From positions 1 through 45,862 of the forward strand of contig JBNJHQ010000001.1 of the NCBI GenBank assembly GCA_051748705.1: a DNA stretch of 45,862 nucleotides, given 5' to 3'. The position numbers were made by a program, and so were the translations under genes. Positions 1 through 7,615 of this stretch are shown one piece after another; positions within the stretch are counted from its first letter, which is position 1; each line of letters opens with the position of its first letter. The DNA comes from Bacteroidota bacterium. GTDB lineage: Bacteria; Bacteroidota; Bacteroidia; Bacteroidales; VadinHA17. The notes under the pieces were generated by a model, which saw nothing but the letters and a program-made list of their open reading frames with translations, was not told where the DNA came from and ran no database searches.

Positions 1-3
1 GAT

Positions 4-702
4 TCAGCTGATGATGGCCCAGATGACTGACACTATTATGTAAAGTATAATTATCAGGGGCAGTGAAGCCATGCCTGCTCCTGCTATCAACAGGGCTGAA
101 GAGCCCAGAAAGACTATCCTCAACTCGTTGCCTTTGAACCTGAGATGCCTGAATTTAAATGAAAACATTGGAATGCCGGTGATCATCAGGGATGAGAACA
201 CTACAGTCAGGAAACATAATACAATCCTTGAACTGATAAGTCCCTCAATCAGCTGGCTTGTCCCGTATTCACTTGCAAAAACAAGGGAAATAATAAAAAA
301 AGCATTACCCGGAGTGGGCAAACCCCTGAAATGATCACCCCCGGATTTGTCGATATTGAACCTGGCCAGCCTGATGGCTGAAAACAAGGGGATTAATACA
401 GGCAGGTATTTTATGTAAGGCTCAATGGAATCAAGTCCTTCAGCCGATAAGATAAGGCTGTACATCAACAGGCCGGGAGCTACCCCGAAACTGACCATGT
501 CGGCCAGGCTGTCAAGCTGGACGCCTAATTCGGAGTAGGCTTTAAGCAGGCGGGCAGCAAGACCATCTCCGAAATCAAAAAGGAGGGATGCCGCTATTAA
601 CCATACCGCAAGCCTCAGGTTACCGTTCATTATCATTATGATGGCAATAAAACCCGATACCAGGTTGAGCAGGGTCAGGAAGTTTGGTATATGTTTTTTC
701 AT
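4..702 (-). CDS. pssA: CDP-diacylglycerol--serine O-phosphatidyltransferase (CDP-alcohol phosphatidyltransferase family)
   Basis: 232-aa multi-TM ORF. It carries the CDP-alcohol phosphatidyltransferase motif DFGDGLAARLLKAYSELGVQLDSLADMVSFG. ATG at 700-702, stop at 4-6. Confidence 0.85.
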   Translation of the reverse strand: MKKHIPNFLTLLNLVSGFIAIIMIMNGNLRLAVWLIAASLLFDFGDGLAARLLKAYSELGVQLDSLADMVSFGVAPGLLMYSLILSAEGLDSIEPYIKYLPVLIPLFSAIRLARFNIDKSGGDHFRGLPTPGNAFFIISLVFASEYGTSQLIEGLISSRIVLCFLTVVFSSLMITGIPMFSFKFRHLRFKGNELRIVFLGSSALLIAGAGMASLPLIIILYIIVSVIWAIIS

Positions 703-791
703 TTAAGGAGGCAATCCCTTATTTTACGTAAAATAATATAAATTTTAGCAATATTCCCAATTTGTATATTTTTACATGAATTTTACATTGT

Positions 792-1247
792 ATGGAACAT
801 TTGCATAATATTAAAATAGCGGTTGATTTTGACGGAACCATAGTGGAGCATGAGTATCCTGATATAGGAAAAGATAAACTCTTTGCTTTTGAAACCATGC
901 GGGAGCTCCAGAAACATGGTGCGCTACTAATATTATGGACTTTCAGGGCAGGAAAGGAACTGGATGAAGCAGTTGAATATTGCAGGAAGAAAGGGATTGA
1001 GTTTTATGCTGTAAATAAAAATTATCCTGAGGAAAAATTTGATGACAGTATCAGCCGTAAAATAAATGCCGACGTTTATATTGATGATAAGAATATTGGG
1101 GGCTTTCCCGGCTGGAGCTCCATCTGGCAACAATTAAGCCTGTATGACGAAATGGAAAAGGAAGCCCTCAGGAAGCTTAAACGAAAGAAATCATTCTTTA
1201 AAAGACTGTTTGGCAGCAAGAAGGATGAAGGAACGGGCGGAAGCTGA
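792..1247 (+). CDS. Small HAD-like hydrolase-fold protein (function unknown)
   Basis: 151 aa. The N-terminus IAVDFDGTIVEH resembles HAD motif I (DxDGT). The C-terminal tail is Lys-rich. The gene is divergent from pssA. Confidence 0.55.
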   Translation: MEHLHNIKIAVDFDGTIVEHEYPDIGKDKLFAFETMRELQKHGALLILWTFRAGKELDEAVEYCRKKGIEFYAVNKNYPEEKFDDSISRKINADVYIDDKNIGGFPGWSSIWQQLSLYDEMEKEALRKLKRKKSFFKRLFGSKKDEGTGGS

Positions 1248-1335
1248 TAGTGTTGATGAAGTTGATAGGTTTGATGAAGTTGACGGATTTGATAAGATTG
1301 ATAAGATTGATAAGATTGATGAAGTTGAGATAGTT
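1246..1335. repeat. Tandem repeat, 9-bp unit x10 (GATNNNNTT; three perfect GATAAGATT, three perfect GATGAAGTT)
   Basis: Units counted directly: 1246, 1255, 1264 ... 1327. The array lies between the HAD-like stop (1245-1247) and the cyclase ATG (1360). Confidence 0.9.
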
Positions 1336-1359
1336 TATAATGTTTTTTGTTTTTGTGTT

Positions 1360-2469
1360 ATGAGACATATATACCTGGTATTTTCAGTATTGCTTACTCT
1401 TGTAGTTGCCTGCAACGGTTCTGTAAGGAAAACGGGTAACAACAGGAATGAAGAAAAGGGACGGAACGAAGCCCCGGCACCCGGGCTGGTGGATATTGAA
1501 GAACCGGCCGACAGGGCCAGGTACAGCTCAGGTGATATTATTAAGCTGAGATTGAGCCTGAAGGGCAATGCCAGCCCCGATTCGGTGAGGATCTTCTTTG
1601 ATGGAACCCAAAAGCACACCCTTGAAGGGGATGAACTTGAATACGGGTTAGAAACGGCATCAGCAAGGCTCGGTTTGATACCCATTAAAATTATGGCCTA
1701 TAAAGGAGAAGTCAGGCCACAGGTAATCACCCGTTTTGTAACAGTCATCTCCGATATACAACCTGAACTTTACTCATACAGGGTTGTTAATGCCTATCCC
1801 CATGATAAGCAGGCATATACACAGGGTTTATTATACCATGAAGGATACTTCTTTGAAAGCACGGGGGTCGAAGGTAAATCAAGCCTGAGAAAAGTGGAAA
1901 TTGAAACAGGAGAGGTACTGAAGATACACCGGCTTGAAAGTAAATTCTTTGGTGAGGGGCTGGTTGTTTTTAACGGTCAGCTTTACCAGCTGACATGGAA
2001 GAATAATGTAGGCTTTGTATATGACATTGAAAGCTTTAAGGAGATAAAGAGGGTTCATTACACCACACAGGGCTGGGGCCTTACAAGCAATGGTGAAGAG
2101 CTTATAATGAGTGACGGAACAAATAAACTATATTTCCTTGAACCCGACTATTTCACCGTCCAGTCATCTATAGAGGTATATGACAATAAGAACCATGTAT
2201 GGCAATTGAATGAACTGGAATATATCAACGGTGAGATATGGGCAAACATTTATACCACAAACCGTATTGCGCGGATCGATCCGAATACAGGTAAGGTGCT
2301 GGCTTATATCGATCTTTCCGGCATCCTGTCCCCTGAAGACGAACACCCGGAACTGGAAGAGATGAATGGTATAGCGTGGGACGAAGAGAATGAGCGCCTG
2401 TTCATAACGGGCAAAAACTGGCCCAGGCTTTTTGAGATCAAGACTGTCAGGCGTCGTCAAGTCCCGTGA
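1360..2469 (+). CDS. Glutaminyl-peptide cyclotransferase (plant/bacterial beta-propeller type), lipoprotein with an extra N-terminal domain
   Basis: Start moved to ATG 1360, giving MRHIYLVFSVLLTLVVAC, a lipoprotein-type signal with Cys. The C-terminal ~260 aa match the glutamine cyclotransferase pattern (YPHDKQAYTQGLLY...FFESTG...GEGL...LYQLTWK...GWGLT...INGEIWANI). The long ORF-track start at 1144 would place 72 aa in front of the signal peptide. Confidence 0.85.
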   Translation: MRHIYLVFSVLLTLVVACNGSVRKTGNNRNEEKGRNEAPAPGLVDIEEPADRARYSSGDIIKLRLSLKGNASPDSVRIFFDGTQKHTLEGDELEYGLETASARLGLIPIKIMAYKGEVRPQVITRFVTVISDIQPELYSYRVVNAYPHDKQAYTQGLLYHEGYFFESTGVEGKSSLRKVEIETGEVLKIHRLESKFFGEGLVVFNGQLYQLTWKNNVGFVYDIESFKEIKRVHYTTQGWGLTSNGEELIMSDGTNKLYFLEPDYFTVQSSIEVYDNKNHVWQLNELEYINGEIWANIYTTNRIARIDPNTGKVLAYIDLSGILSPEDEHPELEEMNGIAWDEENERLFITGKNWPRLFEIKTVRRRQVP

Positions 2470-3397
2470 CAATATTTATTGATCTTGGCAATATATTAAA
2501 TTCAATGGGTGAATGACCAAGCGATTCCCCGTCAGCTTCAACATGAATAAGCGGATCAGAGTCAATCTTTATCCTTGAGCCCGTATATCCTTCCACTTTT
2601 GGATGATCCAGGATGGTCCCGTTATAAAGCCTTTTCAGGCTGCGGATAATTTCACCCTTGCGCATCCTCTTTATCAGTGTAAGCTCAAACAGGCCGTCAT
2701 CGGCAATGGCCGTGGGTGTCTGCATCATCCCGCCTCCTGAATATTTACCTATCCCAAGACTTATGCTGAAAGTGTCATTCTGTATTTTTTTACCGTCTAT
2801 TTCAATACATGTGCTCGTATGCCGGTACCAGAGAAGGCTTCTTAGCAAGGTCCAGAAATATAGCGCCTTGCTGCTTCGTCCCTTTTCCTTCTGGCGGTTG
2901 GAACGCTTAACCACAAGGGCATCAAATCCCAGTCCCGCAATATTCACAAAGTATCTTTCCCTGGTTTCCGTCCCGGAAAAAAATTTAATGACACCGGTAT
3001 CCTGGAGAAATGTATTCTCATTTTTTATGACCTTTATGGCAGATTCGTAATCCATGGGTATATTGAACATCTTTCCCCAGTCATTACCCGTACCAACAGT
3101 TATCATGCCGAGGGTTATCTCACTGGTGGGAACATCATGCTGGCGGAAAACCCCGTTAACAACTTCGTTCATGGTTCCGTCTCCTCCAATAACAAGTATC
3201 TTCCTCATTCCTTTTTTTATGGCATCACCGGCAAGCTCAATGGCATGGTGCTTGGCCTCTGTAAAAATGTGACCTGAGTGAATGTTATAACGGCTTAACA
3301 GATCAGATATCATAGTCCAATCCTTCTTACCTCTCCTGTTACCTGCATTGGGATTGACAATTACATGCCAATCTCCATTTTGCCCTTTGTTGCCCAT
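2447..3397 (-). CDS. Diacylglycerol kinase-family lipid kinase (YegS/BmrU-like)
   Basis: 316 aa. Contains the GGDGTMNEVVNG catalytic-domain motif and an N-terminus VIVNPNAGNRRG typical of DagK-family kinases. Confidence 0.85.
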   Translation of the reverse strand: MGNKGQNGDWHVIVNPNAGNRRGKKDWTMISDLLSRYNIHSGHIFTEAKHHAIELAGDAIKKGMRKILVIGGDGTMNEVVNGVFRQHDVPTSEITLGMITVGTGNDWGKMFNIPMDYESAIKVIKNENTFLQDTGVIKFFSGTETRERYFVNIAGLGFDALVVKRSNRQKEKGRSSKALYFWTLLRSLLWYRHTSTCIEIDGKKIQNDTFSISLGIGKYSGGGMMQTPTAIADDGLFELTLIKRMRKGEIIRSLKRLYNGTILDHPKVEGYTGSRIKIDSDPLIHVEADGESLGHSPIEFNILPRSINIVTGLDDA

Positions 3398-3556
3398 AAT
3401 AGTATAATTGGGATAGTGTAAAGATGCTAAAAAAATATATAATCGGAAATGTCAACCATTTTTGACCCTGAAAACGTGTTAATAAAGTGTTGAAAACCGA
3501 AAATGAAATGTTTACAATTACATCGTTGATCAAGGATTTACGGGAGTCATAAGTAT

Positions 3557-3564
3557 TATTTTTG
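3557..3564 (+). promoter_or_regulatory. Candidate Bacteroidetes -7 promoter box TATTTTTG upstream of parA
   Basis: Matches TAnnTTTG, 43 nt upstream of the parA ATG. No clean -33 TTTG is present. Confidence 0.3.
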
Positions 3565-3606
3565 AAGCTCCGGGAATATACAGTAAAAACAAAACAGGAT
3601 AAATAG

Positions 3607-4398
3607 ATGGCGAGGATTATTTCATTGGCAAACCAGAAAGGCGGAGTGGGCAAAACAACAACGGCGATAAATCTTGCTGCCAGCCTGGCAGCGCTTGACA
3701 GGAAGGTTCTGGTAGTAGATTTCGATCCTCAGGCAAATTCCACTTCAGGTTTTGGTATTGATAACCGTAAGCTTGAAACGACTATTTATGATTGCATAAT
3801 CAATGGTGCTGATCCTGAAACTGCCATTGTGGCTACTGAGATTGATAATCTTGAATTGATTCCTTCCAATATAGACCTTGTGGGAGCTGAAATAGAAATG
3901 CTGAATACTGAGAAAAGAGAAAGTATCCTGAAGAATGTCCTGAAGAGCATACCCGGCAGGTATGATTATATTTTTGTGGATTGTTCACCTTCACTGGGAC
4001 TCCTGACCGTTAATGCGCTTACGGCTTCCGATTCAGTTATTGTACCGGTTCAGTGTGAGTATTTTGCCCTTGAGGGACTGGGGAAATTGTTGAATACCAT
4101 AAAAATAATACAGAAGAATCTGAACAGGGACCTTATCATTGAAGGTTTCCTTCTGACAATGTATGATTCCAGGTTGAGGCTCTCGAACCAGGTTGTTGAA
4201 GAGGTCAGGAAACATTTTCAGCAAATGGTATTTGATACGATCATTCAGCGCAATGTTAAACTGAGTGAAGCCCCCAGTTATGGCCAGCCCGCAATCTTAT
4301 ATGATGCTGAGTCGAGGGGAGCGGTTAATTATCTCAACCTTGCACAGGAATTAATTGACAAAGCGAAAAATGCACCGGAAAATGATACTGCTATCTAG
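3607..4398 (+). CDS. parA: Chromosome partitioning ATPase ParA/Soj
   Basis: Deviant Walker A NQKGGVGKTTTAINLA, 263 aa, followed 24 nt later by parB. Confidence 0.95.
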   Translation: MARIISLANQKGGVGKTTTAINLAASLAALDRKVLVVDFDPQANSTSGFGIDNRKLETTIYDCIINGADPETAIVATEIDNLELIPSNIDLVGAEIEMLNTEKRESILKNVLKSIPGRYDYIFVDCSPSLGLLTVNALTASDSVIVPVQCEYFALEGLGKLLNTIKIIQKNLNRDLIIEGFLLTMYDSRLRLSNQVVEEVRKHFQQMVFDTIIQRNVKLSEAPSYGQPAILYDAESRGAVNYLNLAQELIDKAKNAPENDTAI

Positions 4399-4422
4399 CC
4401 GGTGACAGTAATATAAACAGTA

Positions 4423-5304
4423 ATGGTAAAGAAACAGGCATTGGGAAGAGGACTTGGTGCATTGATCAACGATGCTGAAAGGGAAAAGCTGGAGGAGAAA
4501 GTTGAAGCTAACCTTGAGATCAACATAGATAATATTGAGCTCAACCCTTTCCAGCCAAGGACAAGATTTGATGAGCAATTGCTTGAAGAACTGGCTTCTT
4601 CGATACGTAAGCTGGGTATTGTGCAACCCCTCACTGTAAGGGAAAGGGGCGATAACAGGTATCAGCTGATTGCCGGTGAAAGAAGATTAAAAGCAGCCCG
4701 CCTTGCCGGACTCCTTACGGTACCTGCCTATATTCGTACAGCCGATGACCAGGCAATGCTGGAGCTGGCACTCGTGGAGAATATCCAGAGGGAAGATCTG
4801 GATGCCATTGAGATAGCAATCAGCTATCAGAGACTGATAGAGGAATGCTCGCTGACCCAGGAAAAACTGAGCGAAAGGGTGGGGAAACAGCGATCAACGG
4901 TTGCCAACTACCTGCGATTGCTGAAGCTGCCTGCAGAGATACAGCTGGGAATAAAAAATAAACAGCTTACAATGGGTCATGCCCGCACTCTTATAAATAT
5001 TGAAGAACCCAAACAGCAAATTAAAGTATACTACAGGATAATTGATGATGGCCTGTCGGTTCGTAAAACAGAGGAACTGGTGCGTAAGCTGCAGATGACA
5101 AGCCTGAAAGATCCCGAAAAGAACCATAAGAAGAAACAGCTTAACAAAGATTTCCGTGACCTTTCCGGACACCTTTCCCAGATATTTAAGTCTGATGTGC
5201 AGTTCAGGATAAATGAAAAGGGAAAAGGTAAGATCGTTATACCCTTTGATAATACCGAGCAAATGGAGAGGATTTTGGAAGTATTGGATAAACTTAACTC
5301 CTAA
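4423..5304 (+). CDS. parB: Chromosome partitioning protein ParB/Spo0J
   Basis: ParB box GERRLKAARLAG, N-terminus ALGRGLGALI, HTH region QEKLSERVGKQRSTVANYLRLLKLP. Confidence 0.95.
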   Translation: MVKKQALGRGLGALINDAEREKLEEKVEANLEINIDNIELNPFQPRTRFDEQLLEELASSIRKLGIVQPLTVRERGDNRYQLIAGERRLKAARLAGLLTVPAYIRTADDQAMLELALVENIQREDLDAIEIAISYQRLIEECSLTQEKLSERVGKQRSTVANYLRLLKLPAEIQLGIKNKQLTMGHARTLINIEEPKQQIKVYYRIIDDGLSVRKTEELVRKLQMTSLKDPEKNHKKKQLNKDFRDLSGHLSQIFKSDVQFRINEKGKGKIVIPFDNTEQMERILEVLDKLNS

Positions 5305-5344
5305 AATATATATCTTTGCCTCATGTCATTTTCTTTCTGTGAAC

Positions 5345-6049
5345 ATGGATTTTAAATCCTGGTCAGCAGTCAGGAAAGCAGCGACCCAAAAGGTGCAGAT
5401 ATTGAAAACATTCACACTGAGTATATTATTCGTTTTCCTGGCAATAAATGCCTGTGGACAGGTCCTGGTTGAATCTGCAGATTCAATTGTCACCGGCAGT
5501 GATAAGGACAGAAGAAAAGAAGCGCAACAAAGGGTAATTTCGCCCGTAAAAGCTACTATGATGGCTGCTGCATTACCGGGACTGGGGCAGGTGTACAACA
5601 GGAAATACTGGAAAATACCCCTCGTTTATGCCGGGTTTGGTGCACTGGGATACAGCATAGTGCGTAATACGCAAAATTTTGATGCTTACCTTGAAGCTTA
5701 CCAGGATATAAGCGATAATGTGCCTGAAACCAACAGTTATGAGCAGTTTACACCGGCCTTCGACCCGGGGGAGATCGATCCTGCCCTGGGAGCTGATAAC
5801 TATAACCCTCAAACACACAGCTGGGTAAAAGACCAGATGCTTAATGCAATATCCTATTACAGGAGATACCGCGATTTATCATATATTGGTGTCGGATTAT
5901 GGTACATACTATCAATACTGGAGGCCCATGTCGATGCTGTAATGTCAGACTATGATATCAGTCCCGACCTTAAACTGAGCATAGACCCTGTGCCAATAGC
6001 TACCTTTTACGGTTCAACTATGGGAGTAGGAATTAAAGTAACCTTTTAA
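5345..6049 (+). CDS. DUF5683-like membrane protein
   Basis: Start moved to ATG 5345 because the ORF-track start at 5213 overlaps parB by 92 nt. Has an N-terminal hydrophobic segment ending ...AINACGQ, plus the segments MMAAALPGLGQVYNRKYWKIPLVYAGFGALGY and IGVGLWYILSILEAHVDA. As I recall, this family commonly follows parB in Bacteroidota. Confidence 0.65.
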   Translation: MDFKSWSAVRKAATQKVQILKTFTLSILFVFLAINACGQVLVESADSIVTGSDKDRRKEAQQRVISPVKATMMAAALPGLGQVYNRKYWKIPLVYAGFGALGYSIVRNTQNFDAYLEAYQDISDNVPETNSYEQFTPAFDPGEIDPALGADNYNPQTHSWVKDQMLNAISYYRRYRDLSYIGVGLWYILSILEAHVDAVMSDYDISPDLKLSIDPVPIATFYGSTMGVGIKVTF

Positions 6050-6059
6050 CTATTAAAAA

Positions 6060-7583
6060 ATGAGGAGAATAATAATTTTAATATCAGGAGTTTTATTGTT
6101 CAATATATCATCTTCGGCTGTGAATGATACCATCATTATTAAAAGTGAAGGCGAATTCATTGAAAGACAGCTCGACAGTCTTACAGATTTATGGTTTCTC
6201 GGGCGCATGGTGCCTGCTGAATTCCCCATTGCAGAAGATGCTGAGCCTCTTGTTGAGTTTCCTGATTCTGTTTACAGGGAACGCCTGCATAATATCCATT
6301 CGGTGGTGGACCTTCCCTATAACAGCATTGTAAGGAATCATATACACGTGTATACTGGAAAGAAACGGGATAAATTCCAGATCATGCTCGGCATGAGGGA
6401 ATATTTCTTCCCGATGATTGAAGATATTTTCGATTATTATGGTCTGCCAGCCGAGTTGAAATATATGGCCGTTATAGAATCTGCTCTTAATCCCAATGCC
6501 GTTTCAAGGGTAGGTGCTACAGGCCTGTGGCAATTTATGTACAGCACCGGCAGGGCATATGGTCTCACAATCAATTCTATTGTTGATGAAAGGAGGGATC
6601 CGGTAAAATCAACACATGCAGCAGCAAGATATCTCAAAGACCTGTATAATATCTATAATGACTGGGGCCTTGTTATTGCCGCTTATAACTGCGGTCCGGG
6701 AAATGTAAACAAGGCAATCAGGAGATCCGGTAACAGGAAAGACTACTGGGAGATATATTACCGCCTTCCCAGGGAGACCAGGGGATACCTCCCGGGTTAC
6801 ATTGCAGCCACCTATGCCATGCACTACCACACCGACCACAATATTAAACCAATGGATATAAATTTCCCGGTGGCAACGGATACAGTTATGATAACAAAGG
6901 ATATCCACCTGGAGCAGATATCAGAGGTGATGAATATTCCCATGGCCGAGATAAGGGCTCTCAATCCCCAGTACAGGGCTCTCATTGTACCCGGGAAGAG
7001 TAAAGCCATGGCTGTAACACTTCCAATAAAATACCTGGGCGATTTTATCAGCCTCCAGGACTCGGTTGCAGCATACCGTGCTGATCATTATTTCAACCCC
7101 GACCTTAAAAATGCAAGTCCTGTAAAATCAGCATATATCCCGCCCAGCATAAATGGCAAGACAAAATTGATTTACACTGTCAGGGAAGGGGATAATCTTG
7201 GCTTCATAGCAAGCTGGTATAATGTGGGGGTGTCTGATCTCAGGTACTGGAATAATATTTACCGCAACCTGATCCGCGTAAACCAGAAACTTGCAGTATA
7301 TGTTGATCCTTCAGAGAAAGACTATTATGCTGTAGTTGACAATCTGAGCTTTGCTGAGAAGCAGGCGAGGATAGGGAAGGCTGTGACTTCACAGCTAAAG
7401 TCCCAGGAGGCTGCTCCCGATTCAGATTACCTCTATCATACGGTCAGGTATGGTGATACTGTGTGGGATATAGCAAAACAATATTCCGGGGTGAGTGCCA
7501 CGGATATTCTTAACCTTAACGGCTTAAGCCAGTCGGCAAAGATACATGCAGGGCAGAAGCTGAAAATTAAAAGAAATAGTTAA
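6060..7583 (+). CDS. Membrane-bound lytic murein transglycosylase (SLT domain) with two C-terminal LysM domains (MltD-like)
   Basis: SLT catalytic region MAVIESALNPNAVSRVGATGLWQFMYSTG and AAYNCGPGNV. Two LysM repeats: YTVREGDNLGFIASWYNV... and HTVRYGDTVWDIAKQYSGV...GQKLKI. An N-terminal signal is present. Confidence 0.88.
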   Translation: MRRIIILISGVLLFNISSSAVNDTIIIKSEGEFIERQLDSLTDLWFLGRMVPAEFPIAEDAEPLVEFPDSVYRERLHNIHSVVDLPYNSIVRNHIHVYTGKKRDKFQIMLGMREYFFPMIEDIFDYYGLPAELKYMAVIESALNPNAVSRVGATGLWQFMYSTGRAYGLTINSIVDERRDPVKSTHAAARYLKDLYNIYNDWGLVIAAYNCGPGNVNKAIRRSGNRKDYWEIYYRLPRETRGYLPGYIAATYAMHYHTDHNIKPMDINFPVATDTVMITKDIHLEQISEVMNIPMAEIRALNPQYRALIVPGKSKAMAVTLPIKYLGDFISLQDSVAAYRADHYFNPDLKNASPVKSAYIPPSINGKTKLIYTVREGDNLGFIASWYNVGVSDLRYWNNIYRNLIRVNQKLAVYVDPSEKDYYAVVDNLSFAEKQARIGKAVTSQLKSQEAAPDSDYLYHTVRYGDTVWDIAKQYSGVSATDILNLNGLSQSAKIHAGQKLKIKRNS

Positions 7584-7615
7584 CGTGCCATATCTGAGCT
7601 TATAACACCCCGGCT

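Noticed and set aside
1144-1359. N-terminal extension of the glutaminyl cyclase ORF, including the acidic repeat
   Set aside because: It would overlap the HAD-like gene by ~100 nt and put 72 residues in front of a lipoprotein signal peptide. ATG 1360 gives a canonical signal + Cys. It remains a formal possibility, as noted in the findings.
5213-5344. Longer start for the DUF5683-like gene
   Set aside because: It would overlap parB by 92 nt in another frame. The internal ATG 5345 lies 40 nt after the parB stop and precedes the hydrophobic N-terminal segment.
6341-6354. Perfect 14-bp palindrome TATACACGTGTATA, considered as a parS-like site near parAB
   Set aside because: Only the central CACGTG matches the parS consensus TGTTTCACGTGAAACA. 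It lies inside the transglycosylase coding sequence. About 2-3 palindromes of this length are expected by chance in 46 kb. I found no better parS match in the window.
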